A DNA stretch of 64,000 nt, taken from assembly GCA_041856045.1 (NCBI GenBank), contig JBHAFI010000148.1, positions 8,477 to 72,476 on the forward strand. Direction: 5' to 3'. The number at the start of each line of letters is the position of its first letter. Positions within the stretch are counted from its first letter, which is position 1. The position numbers were made by a program, and so were the translations under genes. The notes under the pieces were generated by a model. The model was given only the letters and a program-made list of their open reading frames with translations, searched no databases and was not told the origin of the DNA. The DNA is from Porphyromonas sp. (GTDB lineage Bacteria; Bacteroidota; Bacteroidia; Bacteroidales; Porphyromonadaceae). Shown in pieces: positions 10,086 through 18,018 of this stretch.

Positions 10086-10173
10086 CTCTACTAGTGAGGT
10101 GGAAGTTTTGAACTAGTAAGATTGTACGACTGATCTAGTGCAACGCAGATGTTCTACTAGTAGAGCCTAGGGG
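10086..10173. repeat. Array of four CTAG-centred hexamers (ACTAGT/TCTAGT) at exact 22-bp spacing
   Basis: CTAG at 10091, 10113, 10135 and 10157. The intervening sequence is not repeated. Confidence 0.75.
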
Positions 10174-10243
10174 CTGTGCTGGATCCCTTTCTTCGCTCTA
10201 TCGGAGAGTGGGCTACCCTTGTATGCCGATTTTTCGGATTAGT

Positions 10244-10275
10244 TTTGTTTGTATCAAGTGTTTATACTAATTTTG
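10244..10275 (+). promoter_or_regulatory. Bacteroidota-type promoter for the TolC/HlyD/ABC-2 operon
   Basis: TTTG (10244-10247), N20, then TAATTTTG (10268-10275), 83 bp upstream of the ATG. Confidence 0.55.
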
Positions 10276-10357
10276 CATACGTGTGCGGTTTGAGGCTTTT
10301 CGCTCTTGTACTGCATAGACTATTGATGTAACTAAGGAAACGAATAAATACAATCCA

Positions 10358-11848
10358 ATGAAACGTATCTGTGCATTAGGTATTATCGCTCTTACAGCAA
10401 TACCAGCGTACGCACAACGTACACTCGACCTTAACGAATGTCGTAGATTAGCCCTCGAGCATAACAAAGAGTTGGCGATCGCTCGTGAGGCTATCAGTGT
10501 AGCCCGACATACACGTAAGGCGGCATTCACCTCGTACTTACCCGAGATTACAGCCAAAGGAGGCTACCTCTACAATCCTACGGCTATACAGTTGCTTAGT
10601 GACGAGCAGAAGCAACGTTTGAGCCAACTTGGGACAGGCTTAGTATCATCGTTTGGGGCGAACCCCGCAATGACACAAGCGATCACGGCAATAGCGGCGA
10701 AGTATCCAGATCTTTTACCGCTTATTCAATCTATGGGTCCTCAAATAGGTGGTAGTTTGGCTGCGGGGCTCAATCAGGCTGGTGCCTCTCTAGTGGAGAG
10801 TCTGCAACCCAATACCAAACATATCTATGGCGGTGTATTGAGCCTTACGCAACCTCTGTTTGTTGGCGGTAAGATACGAGCCTATAACGAGATCACTCGC
10901 TATGCGGAGGAATTGGCAGGCTCTCAATATGCAACTGCCGAGCAGGAATTGATCCTCACGACCGATCAAGCATATTGGCAGGTCGTCTCGCTTGCTAGTA
11001 AGCAACGCTTGGCTACGTCGTACCTAGACCTACTACGTAAACTAGAGAGCGACATAGATAAAATGATCAAAGAGGGCATCGCAACCAAGGCCGACGGACT
11101 AAATGTTGCCGTCAAAGTAAATGAGGCTGAGATGACGCTCGCCAAGGTAGAGGACGGCTTGGGATTGGCACGAATGCTCCTCTGTCAAACTATCGGGTTA
11201 TCGTTAAACGAGCAGATCAGCCTGCGTGATGAGCATCTTGAGGACTTACCCCTCACGAGTACAAAGCCAACGATTGATATGGCCGAGGCACTATCTCAAC
11301 GATCGGAACTCAAGAGTTTGAGGCTTGCAGAGGAAATATCTAAGCAAAAGATACGCCTCACTCGTGCGGAGTATCTGCCATCTCTAGCACTTGTAGCCAA
11401 CTACGCTATTACAAATCCCAACCTAAACAACGGCTTACAGACCACGCTCGGGGCGAGGTGGAATGTCGGTGTAATGCTCAAAGCCCCGATTTGGAATTGG
11501 GGACAGGGCTTGCACAAAGTGAGAGCAGCCCAAGCAGAGGCGCGCATCGCAGGGCATAAACTGGCACTAGCGAGCGAGAGAATAGAATTGCAGATAGCAC
11601 AGAGCAACAATCGGGTAGAGGAGGCACAGAAACAAGTGAAACTCTCTATTAAGAATATGGAGAAAGCCGAGGAGAACCTACGCTACGCTAATCTAGGATT
11701 TCGCGAGGGGCTTATCCCTACAACAAACGTGCTGGAGGCTCAAACGGCTTGGCTCTCTGCTCAGTCTGCCAAGATTGATGCACAAATAAACTTGCGACTA
11801 AGCGAACTAATGCTACGTAAGGCTATCGGTACACTCAAGTTGGACTAG
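10358..11848 (+). CDS. TolC-family outer-membrane efflux protein
   Basis: Signal peptide followed by a two-fold repeated coiled-coil/barrel pattern typical of OEP/TolC proteins. It is the first gene of a four-gene efflux cluster. Confidence 0.85.
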   Translation: MKRICALGIIALTAIPAYAQRTLDLNECRRLALEHNKELAIAREAISVARHTRKAAFTSYLPEITAKGGYLYNPTAIQLLSDEQKQRLSQLGTGLVSSFGANPAMTQAITAIAAKYPDLLPLIQSMGPQIGGSLAAGLNQAGASLVESLQPNTKHIYGGVLSLTQPLFVGGKIRAYNEITRYAEELAGSQYATAEQELILTTDQAYWQVVSLASKQRLATSYLDLLRKLESDIDKMIKEGIATKADGLNVAVKVNEAEMTLAKVEDGLGLARMLLCQTIGLSLNEQISLRDEHLEDLPLTSTKPTIDMAEALSQRSELKSLRLAEEISKQKIRLTRAEYLPSLALVANYAITNPNLNNGLQTTLGARWNVGVMLKAPIWNWGQGLHKVRAAQAEARIAGHKLALASERIELQIAQSNNRVEEAQKQVKLSIKNMEKAEENLRYANLGFREGLIPTTNVLEAQTAWLSAQSAKIDAQINLRLSELMLRKAIGTLKLD

Positions 11849-11910
11849 TTGGGTATCGTTGATGATCATATAACAGGTATAAGAAATAGTAAAGTAACAG
11901 TAGATATAGT

Positions 11911-12903
11911 ATGGCAACAGATAAACAGAGTAATAGACTATTACCCGTATTCGTGATACTCTTGGGGCTTATTGCAGTAGTTTGTATTGTCGGTTTCTTC
12001 TTGCTCTCGCCTGCACAAGAGTTGATACAGGGGCAAGCCGAGGCCAATGAATACCGCGTATCGAGCAAGGTCCCCGGGCGTATCAAAGAGTTGAGAGTGA
12101 GTGAGGGACAAATGGTGCAAGCCGGGGATACCCTTGCAATCCTCGAGGCTCCCGATGTCGAGGCAAAGATGGAACAAGCCAAAGCCGCACAATATGCTGC
12201 ACAAGCACAAAACGCCAAGGCTATAAAGGGTGCGCGTAGCGAGCAAATACAAACCGCTTATGAGATGTGGCAAAAGGCTCAAGCAGGTGTAGCGATCGCT
12301 ACAAAAACATATCAGCGAGTGCAAAATCTGTACGATCAAGGCGTACTGCCAGCACAAAAACTCGACGAAGCCATTGCACAGCGAGATGCGGCTATAGCCA
12401 CCGAGCAGGCTGCAAAGGCACAATACACGATGGCTCGTAATGGAGCAGAGCAGGAGGATAAGATCGCTGCCTCGGCTCTTGTTGATAGAGCCAAGGGTGC
12501 TGTTGCCGAGATCGAGTCGTATATCAATGAGACCTATCTCATTGCTCCACGTGCAGGCGAGGTTACAGATATATTCCCCAAGGTGGGCGAGTTGGTCGGC
12601 ACGGGTGCTCCTATAATGAATGTTGCAGAGTTGTCGGATATGTGGGTGAGTTTTGCTGTTCGTGAGGACTACCTCCCCCAGATGGCTATGGGTACTACAA
12701 TAGAAGCCTTTGTCCCCGCACTAGGTCAAGAGCGAGTAAAACTCAAGATCAACTATCAGAAGGATATGGGTACTTACGCTACTTGGAAAGCAACAAAAGC
12801 CAGCGGTGACTATGATCTCAAGACTTTCGAGGTGCGTGCTACGCCCGTCGATAAGGCTGTGCAGTTACGTCCCGGTATGTCGGTGATCGTAGACAAGAAG
12901 TAA
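11911..12903 (+). CDS. HlyD-family membrane fusion (periplasmic adaptor) protein
   Basis: N-terminal TM anchor, an Ala/Gln-rich coiled coil and lipoyl/beta-barrel segments resembling YbhG/HlyD. Confidence 0.85.
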   Translation: MATDKQSNRLLPVFVILLGLIAVVCIVGFFLLSPAQELIQGQAEANEYRVSSKVPGRIKELRVSEGQMVQAGDTLAILEAPDVEAKMEQAKAAQYAAQAQNAKAIKGARSEQIQTAYEMWQKAQAGVAIATKTYQRVQNLYDQGVLPAQKLDEAIAQRDAAIATEQAAKAQYTMARNGAEQEDKIAASALVDRAKGAVAEIESYINETYLIAPRAGEVTDIFPKVGELVGTGAPIMNVAELSDMWVSFAVREDYLPQMAMGTTIEAFVPALGQERVKLKINYQKDMGTYATWKATKASGDYDLKTFEVRATPVDKAVQLRPGMSVIVDKK

Positions 12904-14084
12904 TGAGCGAGCAAATGACAGAGAGAAAAGGGCTGATAGCCATAATGCAGAGGGAGTGGCGTGTACTTAGTTCGCGTGCTTTGTTCTTGTTCTGTATGGT
13001 TGTTGCTCCGCTCTTTTGTCTCTTTTTCTTTACCTCTATTATGGGGGACGGCTTGCCCAAAGATCTCCCCGCAGGCCTTGTCGATGCCGACAACTCTAGT
13101 TTATCCCGCAGTTTGGGGCGTAACCTCAATGCGATGGGTCAAACAGAGATAACAGAGCGTTATAGTACAGTACGCGATGCTCGCAAAGCCGTACAGCGTG
13201 GTGAGATATATGGTTTCTTCTATATTCCCGATGGTTTCTCGCAAGAGGTGCAGAGCCAACGTCAGCCCAAAATATCATTTTACAGCAATTACTCCTATAT
13301 GATTGCTGGCTCCTTATTGTTTAGGGATATGAAAATGATGAGCGAACTGAGTGCAGGCTCTGCAACACGATCGCAGTTGTATGCAAAGGGAATGAGTGAC
13401 GAACAAGCCATGGCTTGGCTACAACCTATTGCACTAGACACCCACCCTATTGGCAACCCGTGGCTTAACTACTCTATCTACTTGAGTAATATCCTTATTC
13501 CCGGGGTACTGGGCTTGCTCATCTTTATGGTTACAGTATGTAGTCTTGGGCTAGAATTGAAACAAAAGCGTAGCCTAGAGTGGTTGGAGATGGCATCGGG
13601 TGATATGCTACGTGCTGTCGTAGGTAAACTATTGCCCCATACGATCATATTCGCCCTCGTCGGTCTATTTATTGATATTTATCTCTATGCCTATCTAGAC
13701 TATCCGCTTAATGGGGGCTTTGGGGCTATGTATCTATTGATGCTTCTCTTCATTTTTGCCTCTCAAGGGCTGGGGTTATTGATGTTTACGACCCTTCCGA
13801 CACTAAGGCTGGGGCTTAGTTTTGCCTCTCTATGGGGTATGATCTCGTTCTCGATATGTGGTGCATCGTTTCCGCTTATGGGAATGCCTACTATCATACA
13901 ATGGGCGAGTAATCTCTTCCCGCTAAGACATTACTATCTGACCTATGTAACAAGTGCTTTGGACGGCTTCTCGCTCTACTACGCTCGGGAGAATATGCTA
14001 TATCTCGTGGCATTTGCTGTCGTTCCATTGCTCCTGCTCCCTAGGTTAAAGAGCATTATGCAAACACATAAGTATAAACCTTGA
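12903..14084 (+). CDS. ABC-2 type transporter permease
   Basis: TAATG overlap with the previous gene. One N-terminal TM, a large extracytoplasmic domain and five C-terminal TMs, as in the YbhR/YbhS/YhhJ architecture. Confidence 0.8.
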   Translation: MSEQMTERKGLIAIMQREWRVLSSRALFLFCMVVAPLFCLFFFTSIMGDGLPKDLPAGLVDADNSSLSRSLGRNLNAMGQTEITERYSTVRDARKAVQRGEIYGFFYIPDGFSQEVQSQRQPKISFYSNYSYMIAGSLLFRDMKMMSELSAGSATRSQLYAKGMSDEQAMAWLQPIALDTHPIGNPWLNYSIYLSNILIPGVLGLLIFMVTVCSLGLELKQKRSLEWLEMASGDMLRAVVGKLLPHTIIFALVGLFIDIYLYAYLDYPLNGGFGAMYLLMLLFIFASQGLGLLMFTTLPTLRLGLSFASLWGMISFSICGASFPLMGMPTIIQWASNLFPLRHYYLTYVTSALDGFSLYYARENMLYLVAFAVVPLLLLPRLKSIMQTHKYKP

Positions 14085-14085
14085 T

Positions 14086-15336
14086 ATGAGCGAAGTGAAA
14101 CAAGATCGTAATAGACTCGGGCTGTTTATTCGCTCTATTACTGCTCGTGGACTGACAGCACTCGAGGATTTATCCTCTATTTGGGGCTACGAGTTACGTC
14201 AAACTTTCCGGGACTTGGGTATGATTATCTTCTTCCTAGTGGTTCCGATGGCGTATCCATTGCTGTATAGTTACATTTATAGCAAGGAGATCGTGCGTGA
14301 TGTACCTGTTGTCGTTGTCGATGACTCTCGCACAAGCCTAAGCCGTGAATACCTCCGTAGAGTCGATGCGACACCAGATGCGGCACTGGTAGCCTATTGT
14401 AGCGATATGGAGGAGGCAAAGGAGCAGATCCGTAGACGTGAAGCCTACGGCATTATTTATATTCCCTCGGACTTCTCGCATCGGATAGAGGCTCGTGAGC
14501 AAGCACACGTATCGCTCTACTGCGATATGAGTGGACTACTCTACTATAAGTCGATACTGCTCTCCAATACGCAAGTTTCGCTGGATATGAATAGAGAAAT
14601 AAAACTCGAGCGTAGTGCAGGATTGACAGAGCGACAAGGTGAAATACTCACCTATCCCATAGAATACCAAGATGTGGCTCTGTATAACCCAGCGACAGGT
14701 TTTGCGTCATTCCTCTTGCCAGCCGTATTGGTGCTGATTATCCAACAGACACTACTCTTGGGAATAGGTATGTCGGCAGGCACGGCTAGAGAACGCAACG
14801 AACACTATGACCTGATCCCTACGACAAATAAACACTATGCCGGGACGCTACGTGTCGTATTGGGTAAGGCCTTGGCTTATTTGACGATTTATACGGTAGT
14901 ATTGTGCTATACGCTGATCGTTGTACCAAACTTATTCGACTTCGTGCAGTTGGCAGAGTTTGTAGATTTGGCTCTCTTCGCTTTACCCTATACATTGGCT
15001 TGTATTTTCTTTGCGATGAGTATCTCTGTGGTAGTACGGCATCGGGAAGTTGGTATGATGATCTTTGTGTTTAGTTCGGTACCGCTCTTGTTTCTATCGG
15101 GTGTATCTTGGCCCGGTAGTGCTATTCCGGAGGCGTGGAAGTATTTCTCCTATCTCTTTCCCTCGACATTTGGGATCAACGGATATATCAAACTAAACTC
15201 GATGGGGGCTACTCTCGGCGATGTGCATATAGAGTATACTGCCCTTTGGATACAAGTGCTGATATACTTCGTTACGACTTGCTTAGTCTACTACCAGCAA
15301 ATAAGGCTTAGTCGTAGGCACAGGGCAAACCAATAG
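14086..15336 (+). CDS. ABC-2 type transporter permease (paralogue)
   Basis: Same architecture as the preceding gene, and it starts 2 bp after that gene's stop. Confidence 0.8.
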   Translation: MSEVKQDRNRLGLFIRSITARGLTALEDLSSIWGYELRQTFRDLGMIIFFLVVPMAYPLLYSYIYSKEIVRDVPVVVVDDSRTSLSREYLRRVDATPDAALVAYCSDMEEAKEQIRRREAYGIIYIPSDFSHRIEAREQAHVSLYCDMSGLLYYKSILLSNTQVSLDMNREIKLERSAGLTERQGEILTYPIEYQDVALYNPATGFASFLLPAVLVLIIQQTLLLGIGMSAGTARERNEHYDLIPTTNKHYAGTLRVVLGKALAYLTIYTVVLCYTLIVVPNLFDFVQLAEFVDLALFALPYTLACIFFAMSISVVVRHREVGMMIFVFSSVPLLFLSGVSWPGSAIPEAWKYFSYLFPSTFGINGYIKLNSMGATLGDVHIEYTALWIQVLIYFVTTCLVYYQQIRLSRRHRANQ

Positions 15337-15346
15337 CCAATAGGGA

Positions 15347-15377
15347 CACGGGCATAGTCAATAGGGCTATGCCCGTG
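15347..15377 (+). terminator. Stem-loop after the ABC-2 operon
   Basis: 11-bp stem CACGGGCATAG/CTATGCCCGTG. The T-tract is weak. Confidence 0.45.
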
Positions 15378-15728
15378 ACTTTGGTACTAGCCCTTGCGGG
15401 ACTTATTGAGGTCTGATCTCTGCTCCGATACTATAGGTTGGTGCGACTGCTAGTTCGCTTGACTTGTACTAGTACTTAGCCATCGTTTTACTAATACTTC
15501 CCTCTCGTTTTATTGGTCCTCCTCTTGGGATATACTATTAGCCTATACGGATCGTACTATTTGTTCGTCCCCAAAGTGTAGGATCGACATCATCGCTATA
15601 TTGCTCGTCTATTCAGGGGGACAAGTTGTGCGATATGCTTGTGTTCTTAGTTTGTGCCGAATGTATCGGTATAGTGCTTTGATCGAGTCTTTTGCTTGTG
15701 GCAATCGGATTGTAATAATCTTGCACAT

Positions 15729-15904
15729 GTGTCATTCAGTCGCATTAAAAATATAGATATAGCGTTAATTCGGTGTGAATTGTTCGCCTCAAAAGCGTAG
15801 ATGTAGCCTTAGTTTTGTGTGGGCTGTTCGCTCCAAAAGCATAGATATAGCCTTGAATTTGTGCCGTTCATTCGCATTACATTATAGATAAAGAGATACG
15901 CCCG
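15729..15904. repeat. 4 x 44-bp tandem repeat
   Basis: Units start at 15729, 15773, 15817 and 15861. Consensus is GTGTnnnTnnTTCGCnTnAAAAnnnTAGATATAGCCTTnnnTTT, and the last unit runs into a terminator hairpin. Confidence 0.85.
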
Positions 15905-15926
15905 TACCATTTGGTACGGGCGTATC
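15895..15926 (-). terminator. Stem-loop after the fimbrillin-like gene
   Basis: 14-bp perfect stem GATACGCCCGTACC/GGTACGGGCGTATC with a 4-nt loop. Confidence 0.55.
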
Positions 15927-15995
15927 TACTTGTATTGCTTCGTTCCTTTTGGGGGAAATATCTTGGAGTATTGGGGATTAGCCGAATGGCTAATT

Positions 15996-17420
15996 TTATA
16001 GTTCGCTCTCTTGTGTCCGCCTCGTTACGTCCACGATACTAACAGCGATATTCGACTGCTCAACTTCTTGTATGGGCTCGAGGTTGTTGTGGTATAGAAT
16101 TGGGATAGGACTTCCTTGCGACCCAACCTCTGTAATCTTGATGCGGTATTCATTACCACGCACTAAGCCATACTTGCCGTAATTCGCCTCAGTATTATCC
16201 CCGAAGTGCTTAATAAATACAGCGTAATAGTTGTAAGCCTTGTGATAGAAATTGATCCCATCAGTACTGAAGCCTGCCGATAGATGTGCTGCCGTTATGT
16301 TGTTTCTCTCCAGAGCCTCTTTGAGGGCGATATTCTCGGGCTTATTGGCTTGCGAAGCAGAGGCTAATAGTGCCCGTACGCTTCCCTCTGTGTAGTACTT
16401 GCCCTTGTAACTAAGCCAACCCTCGTCTGCTGATAGTGTTAGGCCCGTGGGGATATAAGGGTAGGCGATCAAAACGTATGGAGTAGCACCTTTTACAAAG
16501 GCTTGGCTGGGGAGTGCGATCTCTTTGTGATAGGCTAGAATAGAGTTTAATGTTTCTGTCGTAACATCTTCTAGGCTAGGTGTGATGAGTAACTTCATTG
16601 CTGATGCACTACTTTTCTCGGTGTCACGAGTAGCCACTTCGCTGATACTTGTGCTTTGTTGCCAGTTGTCCCACGGGTATGACTTGGCATATCTTAGTGA
16701 TCGGTCGCTGTTGTCATTGGCTTGCTCTTCGATGCCATTCGATAGTTTATTGAGTTGTCGTAGGATCGTGACTTTCTTCAGTACGTTATGGACTTGGTAT
16801 TTGGCTTCTTGACTGCCCTTAGTTCCCATACGCAGGCTGGGGTTTCCGTAGACAATGACACGGGCAAGGGCTGGTTCGAGGGATAGGCTTATCCGATTGC
16901 TGGGATCTGTGGGAGCACCACTGCGTAGGAATTTATCTCGTGTAACCGTTACGGCTCCTTGAGCGTTGCTCATCAATATCGTGTTATGCTCCTTATTGTA
17001 CAAATGATTAACGCCAAGTTCTTGTGCTTCGTTGAGCGTAGACAAAGGTGTGCCTATTCGTGTAATAGCCTTAACCTCTTCACTCGGATTAGCCAGAACG
17101 ACGAGTTTATAATCTTTGGGGCTTACCTTGGTAACAATAGAGGAGAGATCTTGCTTGGTATTAACGCTTAGTTCGCGTATGCTCTCTAGGGTGTTTGTTG
17201 TAGCGTCATAGAATAAGAGTGATAGTGTTTGTATCCTATTCATCGGGTTGTCTTCGTTTAGTGTACGTAGTACAACATCGTTGGGGCGTTTGATGGATAG
17301 GTGCAAATAAGCCTCGGTCGCTTCTGTTGGTTTGGGTGGATCGATAAGAAGTGTTTTACCACGCTCGGTGTTACACGATACGGCTACTAATAATAGAGCC
17401 TTGATGAGTAGTCGTTTCAT
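15996..17420 (-). CDS. Mfa1/FimA-superfamily fimbrillin-like lipoprotein
   Basis: Lipoprotein signal (LLLVAVSC). The C-terminal YGLVRGNEYRIKITEVGSQGSP resembles the conserved C-terminal strand region of Mfa1-type major fimbrial subunits. The call is from memory of the family, not from a search. Confidence 0.5.
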   Translation of the reverse strand: MKRLLIKALLLVAVSCNTERGKTLLIDPPKPTEATEAYLHLSIKRPNDVVLRTLNEDNPMNRIQTLSLLFYDATTNTLESIRELSVNTKQDLSSIVTKVSPKDYKLVVLANPSEEVKAITRIGTPLSTLNEAQELGVNHLYNKEHNTILMSNAQGAVTVTRDKFLRSGAPTDPSNRISLSLEPALARVIVYGNPSLRMGTKGSQEAKYQVHNVLKKVTILRQLNKLSNGIEEQANDNSDRSLRYAKSYPWDNWQQSTSISEVATRDTEKSSASAMKLLITPSLEDVTTETLNSILAYHKEIALPSQAFVKGATPYVLIAYPYIPTGLTLSADEGWLSYKGKYYTEGSVRALLASASQANKPENIALKEALERNNITAAHLSAGFSTDGINFYHKAYNYYAVFIKHFGDNTEANYGKYGLVRGNEYRIKITEVGSQGSPIPILYHNNLEPIQEVEQSNIAVSIVDVTRRTQESEL

Positions 17421-17483
17421 AATTAGATGAATTTGATGTATAAATAGTATTACGATGAAATTGATGATGTAAAGATAAGTTTT

Positions 17484-17954
17484 TTATTGATATTCTAGGG
17501 GATTGTGTATGATCCGTTGATTGCTACTACCACGGAAAGGGAGTTGCGGATCAAATAAACTCTGGATAAAGGGCCCATCAACCAGCACGTCTATATACTC
17601 GAGGACGGCTCGATAATTGGGGTGCCGTAAGAGATATTCTATTGTGTAGCCGGTGTAGCACCAAATGTTGAGAGAGGTTGCACGCTTGAGGGAGCGTACT
17701 AACCAAAGCAATTCTTCGGGCGAATAAAAAGGATCGCCACCCGAAATTGTTATTCCGTCCAAGAGCGGATTGCTCTTGATCTCGGTGATGATATGTTGGA
17801 GGGTGTTTTCGTCCAGTTTAGTCCCAGCCTCGGGATCCCAACTCTCGGGGTTATGACAACCTACGCAAGCGTGCCGACAGCCTGCAAGATATATGGAGTA
17901 ACGCAAGCCCGTGCCGTCGGTAATGGTTTCTCGGTAGATGTTGAGTAGGTTCAT
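17484..17954 (-). CDS. nrdG: Anaerobic ribonucleoside-triphosphate reductase activating protein (radical SAM)
   Basis: GCRHACVGCHN cluster motif, 156 aa, directly downstream of nrdD. Confidence 0.9.
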   Translation of the reverse strand: MNLLNIYRETITDGTGLRYSIYLAGCRHACVGCHNPESWDPEAGTKLDENTLQHIITEIKSNPLLDGITISGGDPFYSPEELLWLVRSLKRATSLNIWCYTGYTIEYLLRHPNYRAVLEYIDVLVDGPFIQSLFDPQLPFRGSSNQRIIHNPLEYQ

Positions 17955-17971
17955 TGAGGCGAAACAATTAA

Positions 17972-18000
17972 CCCTTATGCCAAGTAAAGTGGCATAAGGG
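17972..18000 (-). terminator. Intercistronic stem-loop between nrdD and nrdG (attenuator or processing site?)
   Basis: 11-bp stem CCCTTATGCCA/TGGCATAAGGG. Confidence 0.3.
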
Positions 18001-18018
18001 TAAGTGTCTGTTATTGTA

